Assembly: GCA_951406725.2 (NCBI GenBank)
Contig: OX597822.1
Location: 98,146,001-98,210,000 of the forward strand
Direction: 5' to 3'
DNA from: Octopus vulgaris
Lineage: Eukaryota
DNA: 64,000 nucleotides
The notes below the pieces were generated by a model, which saw nothing but the letters and a program-made list of their open reading frames with translations, was not told the origin of the DNA and searched no databases. Shown one piece after another: positions 28,836-43,006 of this stretch (within the stretch, counting starts at the first letter, position 1; every line of letters starts with the position of its first letter). The position numbers and the translations under genes are program-made.

Positions 28836-29187
28836 TATGTGTTCAGTAGCTTGCTTACCAAACACAGGGTTTCGTGTTCAGTCCCAGTACGTGACACCTG
28901 GAACGAGTGTCTTCTTCTATAGTCTCGGGCTGTCCAAAGCGTTGTGAGCAGATTTGGTAGACGGAAACTGAAAAGAAGCTCGTCATAGATACGTATATGT
29001 TTGTTTCTCCCCAACATCGCCTGACAGTCAATGCTGGTGTGTTTACGTCCTAATAATTTTACGGTTCAGCAAGAGGGGCCAATAGAGTACTGGACCGAGA
29101 GAGAACGGGTACTGGGGTCAATTTTCTGAGTAAAGGTGGTGCTCGAGCATGGCCAAAGCTAATTGACTGAAACAAATGAAAATAATA
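28836..29187 (+). mobile_element. Degraded SINE family B
   Basis: gatttggtagacggaaactgaaaagaagc core and GGTGCTC.AGCATGGCC tail. Confidence 0.8.
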
Positions 29188-29218
29188 GAATGTAATATAT
29201 GCATATGATATACATATT

Positions 29219-29260
<42 letters not shown>

Positions 29261-29339
29261 CAGATATATGATGTATATATATATGTGCGATATATATATA
29301 TTACATATACATATATATATATAAATATCATATATATAT

Positions 29340-29720
29340 ATATCATATATATCATCGATATATAATATACATGTATAATGTATATATATATATATATAAT
29401 ATACATACAGATATATATAATATACATACATACATATATATATCAGATATATAATATACATGTATGATGTATATATATATATATAATATACATACATACA
29501 TACATATATATATCAGATATATAATATACATGTATGATGTATATATATATATAATATACATACATACATACATATATATATCAGATATATAATATACATG
29601 TATGATGTATATATATATATAATATACATACATATATATATCAGATATATAATATACATGTATGATGTATATATATATATAATATACATACATATATATA
29701 TCAGATATATAATATACATG

Positions 29721-29758
<38 letters not shown>

Positions 29759-29790
29759 TAGATATATAATATACATGTATGATGTACATA
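29340..29790. repeat. ~60-bp TA-derived minisatellite within a larger TA tract (29190-30510)
   Basis: TCAGATATATAATATACATGTATGATG recurs at 29442, 29513, 29581, 29641 and 29701. Confidence 0.85.
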
Positions 29791-29969
29791 TAGAAATATA
29801 CATAACATATATAAATATTATATATATACATAACATATATAAATATTATATATATATATATAACATATAGAAATATAATATATATATATATAACATATAG
29901 AAATATATATATATATATATATATATATAACATATAGATATATATATAATATATATATATAATATATAG

Positions 29970-30016
<47 letters not shown>

Positions 30017-30124
30017 TATAACATATATATATATATATAATATATATATATAACATATAGATATATATATATAATATATATATAACATATAGATATATAA
30101 TATATATATATAATATATATATAT

Positions 30125-30223
<99 letters not shown>

Positions 30224-30283
30224 CATGCATGCACACACACACACACATATATATATTATATACATACACATATATATATATAT

Positions 30284-30360
30284 GAGCGTCCAATAATACT
30301 ATATCTGTTCCACGTTCTCGCGTTGTTGTGTTTTTTGTGCTTTCTTGTTTGGATTAACTT
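30284..30360 (+). mobile_element. 77-bp terminal fragment of the element at 36450-36650, opposite orientation
   Basis: Reverse complement of 36450-36526 with few differences. Confidence 0.75.
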
Positions 30361-30511
30361 TATATATATACATACATATGTATATATACATGCATATATA
30401 TACATATACATACATATGTATATATACATACATATATATATACATACACACACACACATATATATATATGTATATATATATACATACACATATATATATA
30501 TATATATATAT

Positions 30512-32980
30512 AATGTTGCAATAGTTATGTGACATTTTCAAGAATAGTAAATGTACTAAAACAAAACCTATAGCAGAACACACCCACACCAACGTAAACT
30601 TAGGAAAATGCTTTATGAGTTTGAAATGGCCCAAGTAATAATCGTATCAGCTGACAAAACCGGTAATGTTTATATTATTGACTTTAACCTCTATAACAAT
30701 CTTATACGTCATGAACTATGCGGTAAATACAGACACGCACAAACAGATATACTCAAAATAATAAATAGAAATTGATTAGAAATAGTAAATAACTTAAATA
30801 TATAGAACCGAACCTAATGCAGCACGAAAACCTCGAATCCAACTGAAAGATAAGCCAAACTTCCATACTGCCCCCTCTGTTAGATTGATCTTCCCCTCAA
30901 AATATGATATTGGGAGGATTGGTAGGAGAATATTAGATAGTATTATACTCCAACTTCGATCTAGAATGACCCTAACACTATGTTCTGACAACCAACAAGT
31001 AATAGGGTAGTTTAACCACCTAATAACAAGTAAACATAGCAAATTAATTCAACTAGATATCGAAGGATATTATGCCAATATTAAACCTATCCTCTTAAAT
31101 AAGGCTTTAATCTTTGCTAGAAATATTTCGGATCTTTTCAGATACAAAATTTATATAATACTAGCCGCGCAAGGAACCTTGGTAGATTTTGATAATTTAT
31201 TGAATAGATTTGATACTCCGAATGCGTTTGACATAGTTATGGGTTTATTCGATTCTGCTGAAATAACTGACCTTTTAGTAATTTACATCCTATCCCAGAT
31301 ACGATGATATATTTCTGGATTAAATAGCGGGCTATACAGAGATGACGCATTATTCTTCTTACATAAATGTTGCAAAGTACAGGGCGAAAAGTACAAAATA
31401 TCCCTCTATAAATTAAAAATAAATAACGGACTCTCTATCAGAATAATCAATGAATACCGTAGAGTCAACTTTTAAATGCTACGTTGATTTGGATACTAGT
31501 CTACACGAACCGTTTCATAAACCTAATGAAAACCTGAAATACATCAACGTTTGATCTAAGCACCCACCACCAATAATTAGGAGACTCGTTAATGACATCT
31601 CGGCTAGAATATCCAGGTTATCCGCAAATGAAATTATAGTCAACATAACGCACCTTATTAAAACTCAGCCTTAGCTAAGGTTGAATACCATGAGAGAATC
31701 CAATATGCCAGTAGTAGTAACAACTCTTATAACTCAACTAGTAATAATACGATTCATAATAACAACCTGACTAAACACTACAATAACTACACGCACGAAG
31801 TCAAAAACCTAGATAATAGAATCCTAAACCATAAGATAAGACTAATCAAACTCAGACACATTAGAATCAACCATGAGTTAGAGAAAACTTGTAATAGACA
31901 ACGAATTAAACACCCCACGCCACAAAATCGAATTGCCGCTCCAAGCACCCAGATAAACAGACCTAACCGAAAATATAAAACCATGACGTCCTTTGGTATA
32001 ACCCAATCTGGTACTCCAACCTCTCATCTAAGATCGGGAAACAAGTTTTCACCGCACTTGATTGCTGCTTCCCTAGAATTGGAGCGTACAGCAAAATATT
32101 CAATCGTCGCACTATAAAACTATCCTATGCAAATTTCTCAAACTTATACCACTATATTCATAGGATTAGCAACTATAAACTGAGGCGAAGATTAGTCAGA
32201 ACTTAAAATAACCTTCTCGACATCAACCATAACTCATATGACCAACCTAAAGACAACGTTTATAACTCGAATTATACTACCTAACAGCAGAACAATAATT
32301 ACAATATCCATGATAACCATCTAAAAAATAACACCAGCAACAATTCAAAGAATAAACTGAGAACACCTAGTGATAATAAAACGATAATATTGATAGCCAA
32401 CATACCGAACAGAACCAATCCCTCCAGCGCTCGATGTACACAAGACAATATCAAACACTTATGCTCATGCAGAGATAGATCTAATTGTCCTTTGGATAAC
32501 CAATGAATGACTAAGAACGTGGTATACAAGTGCACTATACGGGGGCATCCGCCAATTTCATCAAAAATCGATAGCGCAATCGCATCGCCAGCTTTCGAAA
32601 TATCCTTAAACATGTAACATCACTGCCCGATTATATCTGGAGGCTTAAAGAATCGAAGACAAAATTCGACGTTACATGATCCATACTTAGACACACGAGT
32701 GTCTAAGTATGGATCATGTTGTCTAAGTATCCATACTTAGACAACACTGTATCCCGGAAATGCCAGTTATGCCCGAGGAGTCACTCTCGATAATGTTAAC
32801 AAAGGAGCGTATTATAAAAAAAACTAATTGGACAATTACCCAGATGCCTACACTCAAGTAAACACACATTCACATATTACAATCCCGACCATACACAGCT
32901 TGATGTATACATGCAGCCCATAACACTTATTACACATGAACTTGAACTATATTCGAATAACTTGGATTTAACATATGATC
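30512..32980 (+). mobile_element. Degraded Penelope-like element, Naiad-like
   Basis: ADKTGNVY, PSVRLIFPSK.DIG, LDIEGYY, FDIVMG.FDSAEI, GLYRDD, FHKPN..LKYIN, KIFNRRTIKLSY, CSCR..CPL...NVVYKC, KCQLC; many stops and frameshifts. Confidence 0.85.
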
Positions 32981-33794
32981 TTGCACTCTAGATTCATATA
33001 TGTATATGTGTACATATACATGTGTACATATATATATATTTGTGTGCGTGTATGTTTGTGTGCATATGCATATATGTGTACGTGTATGTGTGTATGTATG
33101 GAAATATGTGTGGGTGTGTATGTGTGTGTGTATATGTGCATGTATATATATATTATATTAAATTAGAGATAAAACCACTATTAGGCAAATCAAACAATGA
33201 AAATCTTAAGCCAATACATAAAATCAATTAATTATATATACGTATATATATTTACTTATGTGTATACGCGAGTGCATTAACACGTGCGTGTTTGTGTGAA
33301 GCTTGGCACAGATGTCTGTAGCTTGCTTTACGTACGAATCTATGCATATATCTATCTATGCTATAAAAGTACATATACACTTTTATACCTGAGTATATGA
33401 GTTCATATATATATGTATATATATATTCATCCATACGTATGCGTATGTGGTTGTATCTAGTTGTATGCATATGCTCATATACTTGAACGTGCGTGCGTGA
33501 GTGCGTATGTATATAGGTGTATATGTATATATCTGTGTTTGTATATATGCATCTAAATACGAACACAAACAAATTTTTTAGTCTAAGTATTATCTTCCGT
33601 TCAACTTCTACTTCCTTTGCTTTCTCTTTACAGTCACGCTATTTTCTCTAACTAGAACGTATACTTTCCACGTTCATATTTGAAACTTCTGCGTTTCAAT
33701 AATTTTTCTCCGATTTTACTCATTCTCGAATTTGATGGACATATAGCGGTACGTAAGCCGACTCAAGAAATCTCTAGTGTGAGTTTTTATCCAT

Positions 33795-33832
33795 GTACCT
33801 GAAGAGATCCACAATGGGTCGAAACATATACC
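33795..33832 (+). ncRNA. Degraded hammerhead-like motif
   Basis: CTGAAGA GATCC-acaat-GGGTC GAAA cata TA; stem II good, stem I not formed; downstream of and co-oriented with the Naiad-like element. Confidence 0.45.
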
Positions 33833-34249
33833 CAATGAAGTCTGTTACACATGCCAGCCCCTATTTTATTAATTCTGTTACCCTAAACGCCACTACGACG
33901 TTCCTGCAATAAATCTACGGATAACAACAGGTAATCAAAACTGTGCTGGTGCTTTACTCAATTTACCAAATAATCAGCTTTAGACTTTGTGGGTCCAAGG
34001 GTAGCGTATTAGCACAATTTTGACATGAAATCCCCGGCTACAATGGGGTCACGTAACAGCAGAGCCAGGAACTGTGGAGAGCCCCTCTTCTCCGTACAAC
34101 GCTGCTGTCTTTAATTCCTCTTGCCATATCTGATTCTGAGTGCTGTACTCTGGAGTACACAGCAAGCGATCTTAAGCAAGTTGTACTCATAGAAACTGCT
34201 CTGGGGTACACTTTTTCAAAGTCATCTTACAAATATGCAGTGTGTGTAT

Positions 34250-34252
34250 CTT

Positions 34253-34289
<37 letters not shown>

Positions 34290-34697
34290 ATGTCTATCTA
34301 TCTATCTATCTATCTATATGTCTATCTATCTATCTATCTATATGTCTATCTATATGTCTATCTATCTATCTATCTATCTGCCCCACCCATCAATACATTC
34401 AACAACACCCATCCATCTACCTCACCAATTCCATCTATTCATTCACTCATTTATCCAGCCAATCTACCCATCCATCCATCCATCCATCCATCCATCCATC
34501 CATCCAACCCTCCATGTACCTTTGTGTGTATTTATAAGAATGAAATATAATAGTTTAAACAATCTTTCATCACAAACTGTCTACCGAGTGTAATTTCCGT
34601 GTTGGCTGTTGAACTATTTATTACTCTGCTGCTACTACCACTACAAGAAATGCTGCTACTGCAACTACTACTGCTGCTGCTGCACCTCCTCCTGCTG

Positions 34698-34740
<43 letters not shown>

Positions 34741-34745
34741 CGTTT
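34250..34745. repeat. (CTAT)n, (CCAT)n and (CTA/CTG)n microsatellites
   Basis: Directly visible. Confidence 0.9.
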
Positions 34746-35509
34746 TTGTTGTTCCTGGGCATGCTATTTTCGCTCTTGTTCTTTTAATTCCGCTTCTTCA
34801 TCTTAAATATAATTTGACATTCAGTTCGTTTATTTTTGTCTTGTAAGTTAAGGTAAAAAAAAGATGAAAAAATCATTCGGCATGTTGAGAGGTGAGATCT
34901 CATCTGAAACATTTGCTTCTGTTTATTGCAAATGTCTTTTGCATCTGATAAGAATCGACAGTTTTCGTAAAAACTACATTCGTTTCCCTCCTTGATATAA
35001 AAATAAATTCATACAAAAATAGTTGGAAAGAGAGATAAATATGTGAAAATTAATAGTTTTTATGTTATATTTTTCAAAGCGAAACAAGTGATATATTTTC
35101 GGCAGACAAACATTTAAGCATACAAGTACACATATATGCTCACATGCAGGCATATACACACATATATACGCACACACAGAGGCACATGCACACATATATA
35201 TGCACACACACACACACATATATACGGACACACATACATATACACACGTATACACACACACACATATATACGTACACACAGACATACAGACACATATATA
35301 GAAACATCACATTCACACATACATGCACACAGTAACGTAGGCATACGCAGATACATGTACATACATTTATACAAATATTCATATACATACACACACAGAC
35401 AATACAATAATAAATGGTCTGTAAGGAGGATATCCCTCATATCACAAAGGCATATACAAGTGAGTGCTTCTTCAAATATCATTATTTTTATTATTATTAT
35501 TATTATTAT

Positions 35510-35720
35510 TTGGCTGAATCGTTAGAACACCGGGCAAAATGCCTAGTGGCATTTCGCCCGGTGCGTTTGTACATACTGTTTCAAATGCCGCTGAGGTCAA
35601 CTTTACTTTTCATCCTTTCGGTGTGGATAAAATAGGTACAAGCTGAACACTGGGGTACATCTAATCGACTCATCCTCTCCCCCAAAATGACTGCCCTTGT
35701 AGCAAAATTTGAAACCATTA
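35510..35720 (+). mobile_element. Degraded SINE family C
   Basis: gaatcgttag..ttcaaat..gaggtcaacttt.cttttcatcctttcgg..ccttgtagcaaaatttgaaacc. Confidence 0.75.
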
Positions 35721-36417
35721 TTCTTAATTATATATATAATTATGTATTTGTTATATTAATAACGATTTGTCAAACCCAGGAATAGGCAAATTAATCTATC
35801 CATTACGGTGATAGCCTAATGTATGGTCATTATATATAATAGTTAAATATGGCACGCTACTGATTGGCGGAGGGGAAAGATGCAAGTTTATCTGATGAGC
35901 TTTCAACAAATCTCGAAGTGATCTGACAGAAGTCTCCACCCAAATTCTCTACACATTAAAACACGAAATACGGTTTGCATTCTTATCTATGTGTATACCT
36001 ATGTTATAATAGCAGATAAATGCCAGCATGTTTGGTTGATTTCTCCAATCCCGCATTAAATTGGACTGAGAGAGAGACCGAGAGTTAAGAAGTGCAGGAT
36101 GAGTAGAGAGACACAATCACAAAAGCAGAAAACGAGGTGAGGAAACAAATGACCCCAGTGGAAATTATGCAAAGGAAAAAGGGTTTATTAAATTCTGAGG
36201 GGATGGGGATAAAGAAAGCTAACAAACAAGCTCTGAGAAGTTAAAATTCATTTCCTTTATATAAGAATTAAAAAAATTTAGTATAAATGAAATTATGATT
36301 GTTTATATACATTCTGGCCTGACATTACTCATCGTCGTAAAAATATACTTCTAGAGTCACCTATCATATGACGAGTACACTCTGGTGTGTGCACATGTAT
36401 GTATGTATGTATGTATG

Positions 36418-36449
<32 letters not shown>

Positions 36450-36650
36450 GTTAATCCAAACAAGAAAGCACAAAAAAACACAACAACGCGAGGACGTGGA
36501 ACAAATATAGTATTATTGGACGCTCAGGAAAGAAGGAGGGTTTAACGTTTCGAGCGGAGCTCTTCGTCGGAAACATATGAGAAGGAAAGACCCAGAGAAG
36601 GGAAGACAGAGGGAAAAAATCGCCAACGGTACACACGCGGTCACATTTTG
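36450..36650 (-). mobile_element. 200-bp HHR-bearing element inserted in (TATG)n
   Basis: Sharp microsatellite boundaries; second fragment at 30284; HHR-like motif at 36540. Confidence 0.65.
36540..36574 (-). ncRNA. Minimal hammerhead-like motif (U4C variant)
   Basis: GTTT CCGACGA a GAGC-tcc-GCTC GAAA CG TT AAAC: 4-bp stems I and II, palindromic AACGTT stem III. Confidence 0.62.
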
Positions 36651-36666
36651 AATGTATGTATGTATG

Positions 36667-36716
<50 letters not shown>

Positions 36717-36918
36717 GAGAGATAGCGAGATAGATGAGTATGTATATAGGTATATATATATATGTGTGTGTGCGTGCGTATATATGTATATATGTGTTTG
36801 TGTGTGGATATATATGTGTGAGTGTATGTGTATATATATATATATATATGTGTATGTGTGTGTATGTATATATATATGTGTGTGTATATGTATGCGTGTA
36901 TATATGTATGTATGTTTA

Positions 36919-36949
<31 letters not shown>

Positions 36950-37417
36950 ATATATATATATATATTGATAGATGCCTTATACTATGATCTTATTAACAAT
37001 TATCTAAGCTATTTGTGAGTAGTGTTTGTTTGTACGGTTCTAGTTGCATATTACCGAGAACGCCCCGCTGCATCTGCTGCTTATTACACAAATTGTGATA
37101 TCTTAACTAAATATTTACTTATTTCGCTTAGATCACGTGCATCAGATCTGTAATCGTAGAGATTAATTCTGTTTACTACACTCGTTATCTAAAAATATCT
37201 TATTCCAAGTTTACATTTCTGGATAACACATGCCGTTAAATTATAAAGCCATTGAATTTTTATTCACACATATGTTTGTATGTATGTACCTAAGCATTCT
37301 TGTGTCTGATTATCTCGGCTATCTCTTCCGAATTGAATCCTGCATGTATTTGTTAACAGAGCTGCTAAAGACCATCTAAATTTTACCTCTATTGTAAGAT
37401 CAATAAGCTTTTAGTAG

Positions 37418-37605
37418 TATGCTTAGCGGCGTTTCTCCCGTCGTTACGTTCTGTGTTCAAATTCTGCCGAGGTTGATTTTGCCTGTCATACATTCGGGGT
37501 CGAAAAAATATGTATCAGATTAACCCTGGGTTCGATGTAATCAACTTACTCTATCTTCCAAAATTGCTGACCTTGTACCAAAATTTGAAATCATTATTAT
37601 TATTA
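37418..37605 (+). mobile_element. SINE family C, 5'-truncated, (TTA)n tail
   Basis: gttacgttctgtgttcaaattctgccgaggttga..ggggtcga..ccttgtaccaaaatttgaaa. Confidence 0.8.
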
Positions 37606-37606
37606 T

Positions 37607-38095
37607 GCAAGTGTTTGCTAATTTGGTTAGAAGGTATTTTATTTGGAGGCGTAGTGTTAACAAGTGACTTCAAATCTCAAGAGATTTTTGTTGGAATTCC
37701 TGCAGAATATAGGATAATGCTTTTCTGCAGGTCGACAATGCAAGTTTCACTTTCAATTTCTTTCAGTCCTTTAGGTAGCATTTTTGGGTGTTGTATCAAG
37801 TGCGCTTATTGCGACAGGAATAATTGTTGTTTTTAGCCTTCGAAAGTCTCCTCAGCTTTCTAGCTAGATCCTGGTATTTCGCAATTTCTTCCCATTTCTT
37901 TGGTATCAACTCTGCCATCACAGGGAATTGTAAGATTCGTGATCTTGCACTGTTGGCCTATTTTGTCCTCTATAATCAGGCCTGGTCGTCTTGTCTCCGT
38001 AATATGGTCAACCTATATAGCAAAGTCTCACAAGATCTTGTAATTCTCATTATCTATCGCAGCCTACGTTTCTTGTTCATACCATTTTCCTGTTT
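37607..38095 (-). mobile_element. R4/Dong-like LINE 3' remnant (restriction-like endonuclease)
   Basis: WYEQ...DNENYKIL*DF...DHITETRRPGLII.DK...CKI....P.D.RVDTKE; its 3' end abuts (TAA)n. Confidence 0.75.
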
Positions 38096-38164
38096 GTTTT
38101 GAAGCCACGTACTCGATTAGTACTCTTTTGCCTACGCAGTACCCCTCTTGTGCTAGTATACTTC

Positions 38165-38207
38165 ACTCACTCAGTATATATTGCACTGTCTTCTTATTCG
38201 TATTCTG

Positions 38208-38243
<36 letters not shown>

Positions 38244-39897
38244 TCTTCTACAATAGCCACAGGATCGGAATTTTGTGGTCAGTGGCTATTCGAATTACAT
38301 CAAGCCCTGGGCTCAACTAGTACTTGTTTTCTAGATCCCAAAATGATGTACACAGAAGCAGATTTCGGCACATTGAACTCTGAAAGTAGAGTGAGTCAGA
38401 AAAAATGCCATTAATGAGTCTGCCAAGACAAAAAATAATAGCCAAATTAATTTTGGTACAAGGCCAACAGCTTTAATGGGAAATGGTAAGTTGACTATCA
38501 TGACCGCAAAACTTGAGTGGTACTTTATTGTATCCACTTGGGTGGTATGAATAACAAAACTGACCTCAGTAGGATTTGTACACAGAAGGTTAAGCGACGG
38601 AACATACATACCGAAGCACTTCAGCCGATGATCTTACCATTATCTCTGCACATGAAGTATAGAGGTTTCTGATTTTAGTAGATGGGCAGCTATTTTGGTT
38701 GGAGAAGAGAAGACGGTGCTATATTTTTCTTGACATCTAAACCACGAAATTCGAACTTTATGTAAGATACCTCTCTTTATCAAAACAATCCAGCATTATT
38801 TGCTTCTATCTAACAAACCCATTACCACTTCGTCTTTTCTTCCTCGCACCATCCATATACTAAGATATCCGACTCATTTTTACAAATATCTCCGGTTTCG
38901 CTACCATAGTAAGATGGACTCTGACGCCACTTTTGAACAAAGTGTCACCTGCCAAATTCAATATCATTAACTAGACAACTGGATCTTTGTTGCGTAAAAA
39001 AAGCCGCATAGTCTAACTCTATTTGCTTATATATTTAACTATTATTGTTAACCTGAAGATTGGCTATAATTTTAAATTGAATTGATTTCAATTCAATTTA
39101 ATTCGAATTTAATTATAAGTTCTCTTCTTGGTTGTGATTCAGCTTTTTCCCTTTTACCAAGCCACTGTTTACGTCGTTTAACACTTCGATAGAAGATCCA
39201 TTTTTGTTACCAGTCACAAGTCTATCCAAAAAGGGTGAAATGAGTTCGCGAGAATAGAGAGAAGAGCAGACGCCAACTCGGGATTTGTACTTGCTTTCGG
39301 ACAATTCAGGATGCACCGGTTTTCCAAGTTTAGGTACCTTTCCAAGTTGTTGAAGATGATGAAAAATTGCATGGTCTGACCTAAGATTTATTGCCAAATC
39401 TTGAATTGATAATGCAGGATTTTCTTCAAGTAATGCCTCAAGGTGTTTATCATCAAACTCAACTAGACATCTTGTTCAATCTTCATCTTCAAGGCTGAAT
39501 TCTCCACTTCAGTATTTTGCAAAACATCTTCTGCAATTTCTTTCATTCAAACATTCTTTCCCATAAACTGTCAGTTTTGTTATTCATACCACCCAAGTGG
39601 ATACAATAAAGTACCACTCAAGTTCTGCGGTCATGATAGTCAACTTACCATTTCCCATTAAAGCTGTTGGCCTTGTACCAAAATTAATTTTGCTATTATT
39701 TTTTGTCTTGGCAGACTCATTAATGGCATTTTTTCTGACTCTCTACTTTCAGAGTTCAATGTGCCGAAATCTGCTTTTGTGTACATCATGTTGGGATCTA
39801 GAAAACAAGTACTAGTTGAGCCCTGGGATTGATGTAATTCGAATAGCCACTCACTACAAAATTCCGATCCTAATAATAATAATAATAATAATAATAA

Positions 39898-39928
<31 letters not shown>

Positions 39929-40069
39929 AAGAAGAAGAAGAAGAAGAAGAAGAAGAAGAAGAAGAAGAAGAAGAAGAAGAAGAAGAAGAAGAAGAAGAAG
40001 AAGAAGAAGAAGAAGAAGAAGAAGAAGAAGAAGAAGAAGAAGAAGAAGAAGAAGAAGAAGAAGAAGAAG

Positions 40070-40100
<31 letters not shown>

Positions 40101-40124
40101 CAGTGCAATATATACTGAGTGAGT
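38165..40124. repeat. Inverted duplication: arms 38165-38564 and 39570-40124, ~1-kb spacer
   Basis: Arms are reverse complements; the right arm carries an expanded (AAG)n at 39899-40099. Confidence 0.9.
39113..39572 (-). mobile_element. mariner transposase N-terminal fragment
   Basis: VYGKECLNERNCRRCF..SGEFSLED, HLQQLGKVPKLGKPVHPELS (WVPHEL-like), PFLDRLVTG. Confidence 0.85.
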
Positions 40125-40452
40125 CTCTTCGGTTGCAGAGTTTCCTTTTTTGTAAACAGAAAGGATTATTTGTTTTAATGAAACAAATTTTAATTCTATT
40201 ATTCTGTAAAATAATATTTAATTAGTTAAAGTGTACACAATGCATAACATAATTTTAAATTCCATTAGATATTTTAAATTACTATCAAATTTCATTCAAT
40301 TTAAAAAAAGATTAAATCGGAGAGAACTTATATGTTGACCTGGTATATATGTAATATATTTATATATATATATATATTTATATATATTAATATATATATT
40401 AATATACATATGTAATATATTTATATATCTATACATGTATATATTTATATAT

Positions 40453-41252
40453 AACTTAGAATAACTTAGAAAGGTTTTGGCCAGTATTGGCCCAGGCCAT
40501 GTCTAACTTAATAGCACCACCTGGCGAAGACTTTCAGTTCAGGATTTGGGCACCAAGGCCCATTCGAGCAGAGAGTTATTGTTTGCGGAGACATATCCGG
40601 GTTTGGGTGGTTTGTCCGGTACTGTTTGAAGGAATTTGTCCAAAGACTTCTTGAATTTTGTGTGGTCAGTTTCTTTTTTGACGTGTCCTGGTGTAATGTT
40701 GAAGAGAGCGGGTCCAATTGAGGTGAAATAGTTGTGCCGTATTGTCGTTATGTGATGCGATTTAGATTTTTGTTGTGGACGGATGGCACGTGGTCCAAGC
40801 CTTGGATGTATTTTGAAGGTGATGCCAACATCATTCGGACAGTGCTGATGGAATATTTTCCACATCATACAGATAATGTAGCGTTCACGGCGTCGTTGGA
40901 GTGAATACAATTTCAGCTTCTCTAGTCTAACCCAGTAGTCAAGGTCTGACATGCCATCTATCCTTTTTGTGATTGACCTTTCGGGAGCTTCAATTCTCAT
41001 AATATTTTGTTTTGTGTAGGGAGACCACAGTGGACAGCAGTATTCAAGGTGGGGTCGGGCAAAAGTGGAGAAGAGAAGGATAATAGTGTGGGAATCTCTC
41101 GACTGGAAGGTTCCGAGAATCCAGGAACACATTCTGCTGGACATGTCAACTTTGCTGTTTATATGTGTAGCCCAGCTTATGCTGTTGTCCACTGTTACTC
41201 CCAAGTCTCTGATGTTGTTGGATGCCATGAGAATTTTTCCAGAAGGAAGAGA
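40453..41252 (-). mobile_element. 800-bp 3' fragment of the same LINE family as 7429-9690
   Basis: 229-aa ORF nearly identical to the C-terminus of the 661-aa ORF; same tail; embedded in a TA tract. Confidence 0.95.
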
Positions 41253-41266
41253 AATATATATTAATA

Positions 41267-41300
<34 letters not shown>

Positions 41301-41319
41301 ATATATTTATATATCTATA

Positions 41320-41840
41320 TATGTAGATATATAAATATCTACATATATAGATATATAAATATCTACGTATATAGATATATAAATATCTACATATATAGAT
41401 ATATAAATATCTACATATATAGATATATAAATATCTACATATATAGATATATAAATATCTACATATATAGATATATAAATATCTACATATATAGATATAT
41501 AAATATCTACATATATAGATATATAAATATCTACATATATAGATATATAAATATCTACATGTATAGATATATAAATGTCTACATGTATAAATATATATAT
41601 TATATTACATATATATATATATTGACATATATATATTGATATATATTAATATATATATGTGATATATTTATATATCTATATATGTAGATATTTATATATC
41701 TATACATGTAGATATTTATATATCTATACATGTAGATATTTATATATCTATACATGTAGATATTTTTATATCTATACATGTAGATATTTTTATATCTATA
41801 CATGTAGATATTTTTATATCTATACATGTAGATATATATG
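41320..41840. repeat. 24-bp minisatellite array followed by an inverted array of the same unit
   Basis: CTACATATATAGATATATAAATAT ~11x (41320-41590), then its reverse complement ~7x (41660-41840). Confidence 0.85.
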
Positions 41841-41962
41841 TCCCAGGTTGTGACAGGAGTGTTTCAACTGTGTATGTATATATAAATATATATATATGTA
41901 TATATATGTATGTATATATATATATATGTATATATATATTTATATATATGTATATATATATG

Positions 41963-41994
<32 letters not shown>

Positions 41995-42142
41995 GATATG
42001 CATATATATATATATAGATATGTATATATATATATATGTATATACGAATATATATGTACGTATATGTATATCTATATGTACATACATATAAATATTTACA
42101 TTTATATACGTATATATGCATTTATATATATCTATCTATCTA

Positions 42143-42196
<54 letters not shown>

Positions 42197-42199
42197 TAT

Positions 42200-42677
42200 A
42201 ATAAAGGAAGAGGAAGGTATTGTATATCCTCTTTTATTTATGACAACGATATTCTGAACCCAAACATTTGTCAGCGAGTTTGTTGAAATTTCTCAACAAA
42301 TATGCTCCAGTATTTTAAAATTAAGTGCTCTGATAAAGTGGTTGGTCTTAACCTCATTAATTAATTAGCTACTGCATGGATTTACATGAATCTGTAATTT
42401 TATAAAATGCTTCTATACGCTGTTGAAAGGATCGTACTCTTTGAAAACATGATATCATGCCATCAATATTCCTTCATTTTTTTAATATTATACACTGTGA
42501 TGAATACATCTACTACTCAACTGATGCAGTTATTTAGATTTCCAACTCCTTTGGATCGCTTTGTGAAAAGGTTAAATAGATATTCTGATTTTTTCTACAT
42601 AGAGTTACCCAACTTTCCACCATGGAGAGCTAAGTCAGGCATTCTCCTGCATATTATTTATGTCTACTTGCCTTCGT

Positions 42678-42775
<98 letters not shown>

Positions 42776-42962
42776 ATCATGTATGTGTATACATGTATAT
42801 ATATATATGTATATATATGTATCTATATATTCATATGTATGTATATATACATATATATATACATACATATGAATATATAGATACATATATATACATATAT
42901 ATATATACATGTATACACATACATAATTATACACACATATAAATACACACACACACCCACAC

Positions 42963-43006
<44 letters not shown>

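Noticed and set aside
35888-35925. CTGATGAG...CTCGAAG hammerhead-like words
   Set aside because: GAAG instead of GAAA, one-pair stem II and no stem I or III
39816-40118. Poly-Arg ORF; likewise poly-Leu/Ser/Tyr ORFs at 34532-34806
   Set aside because: Pure triplet microsatellites
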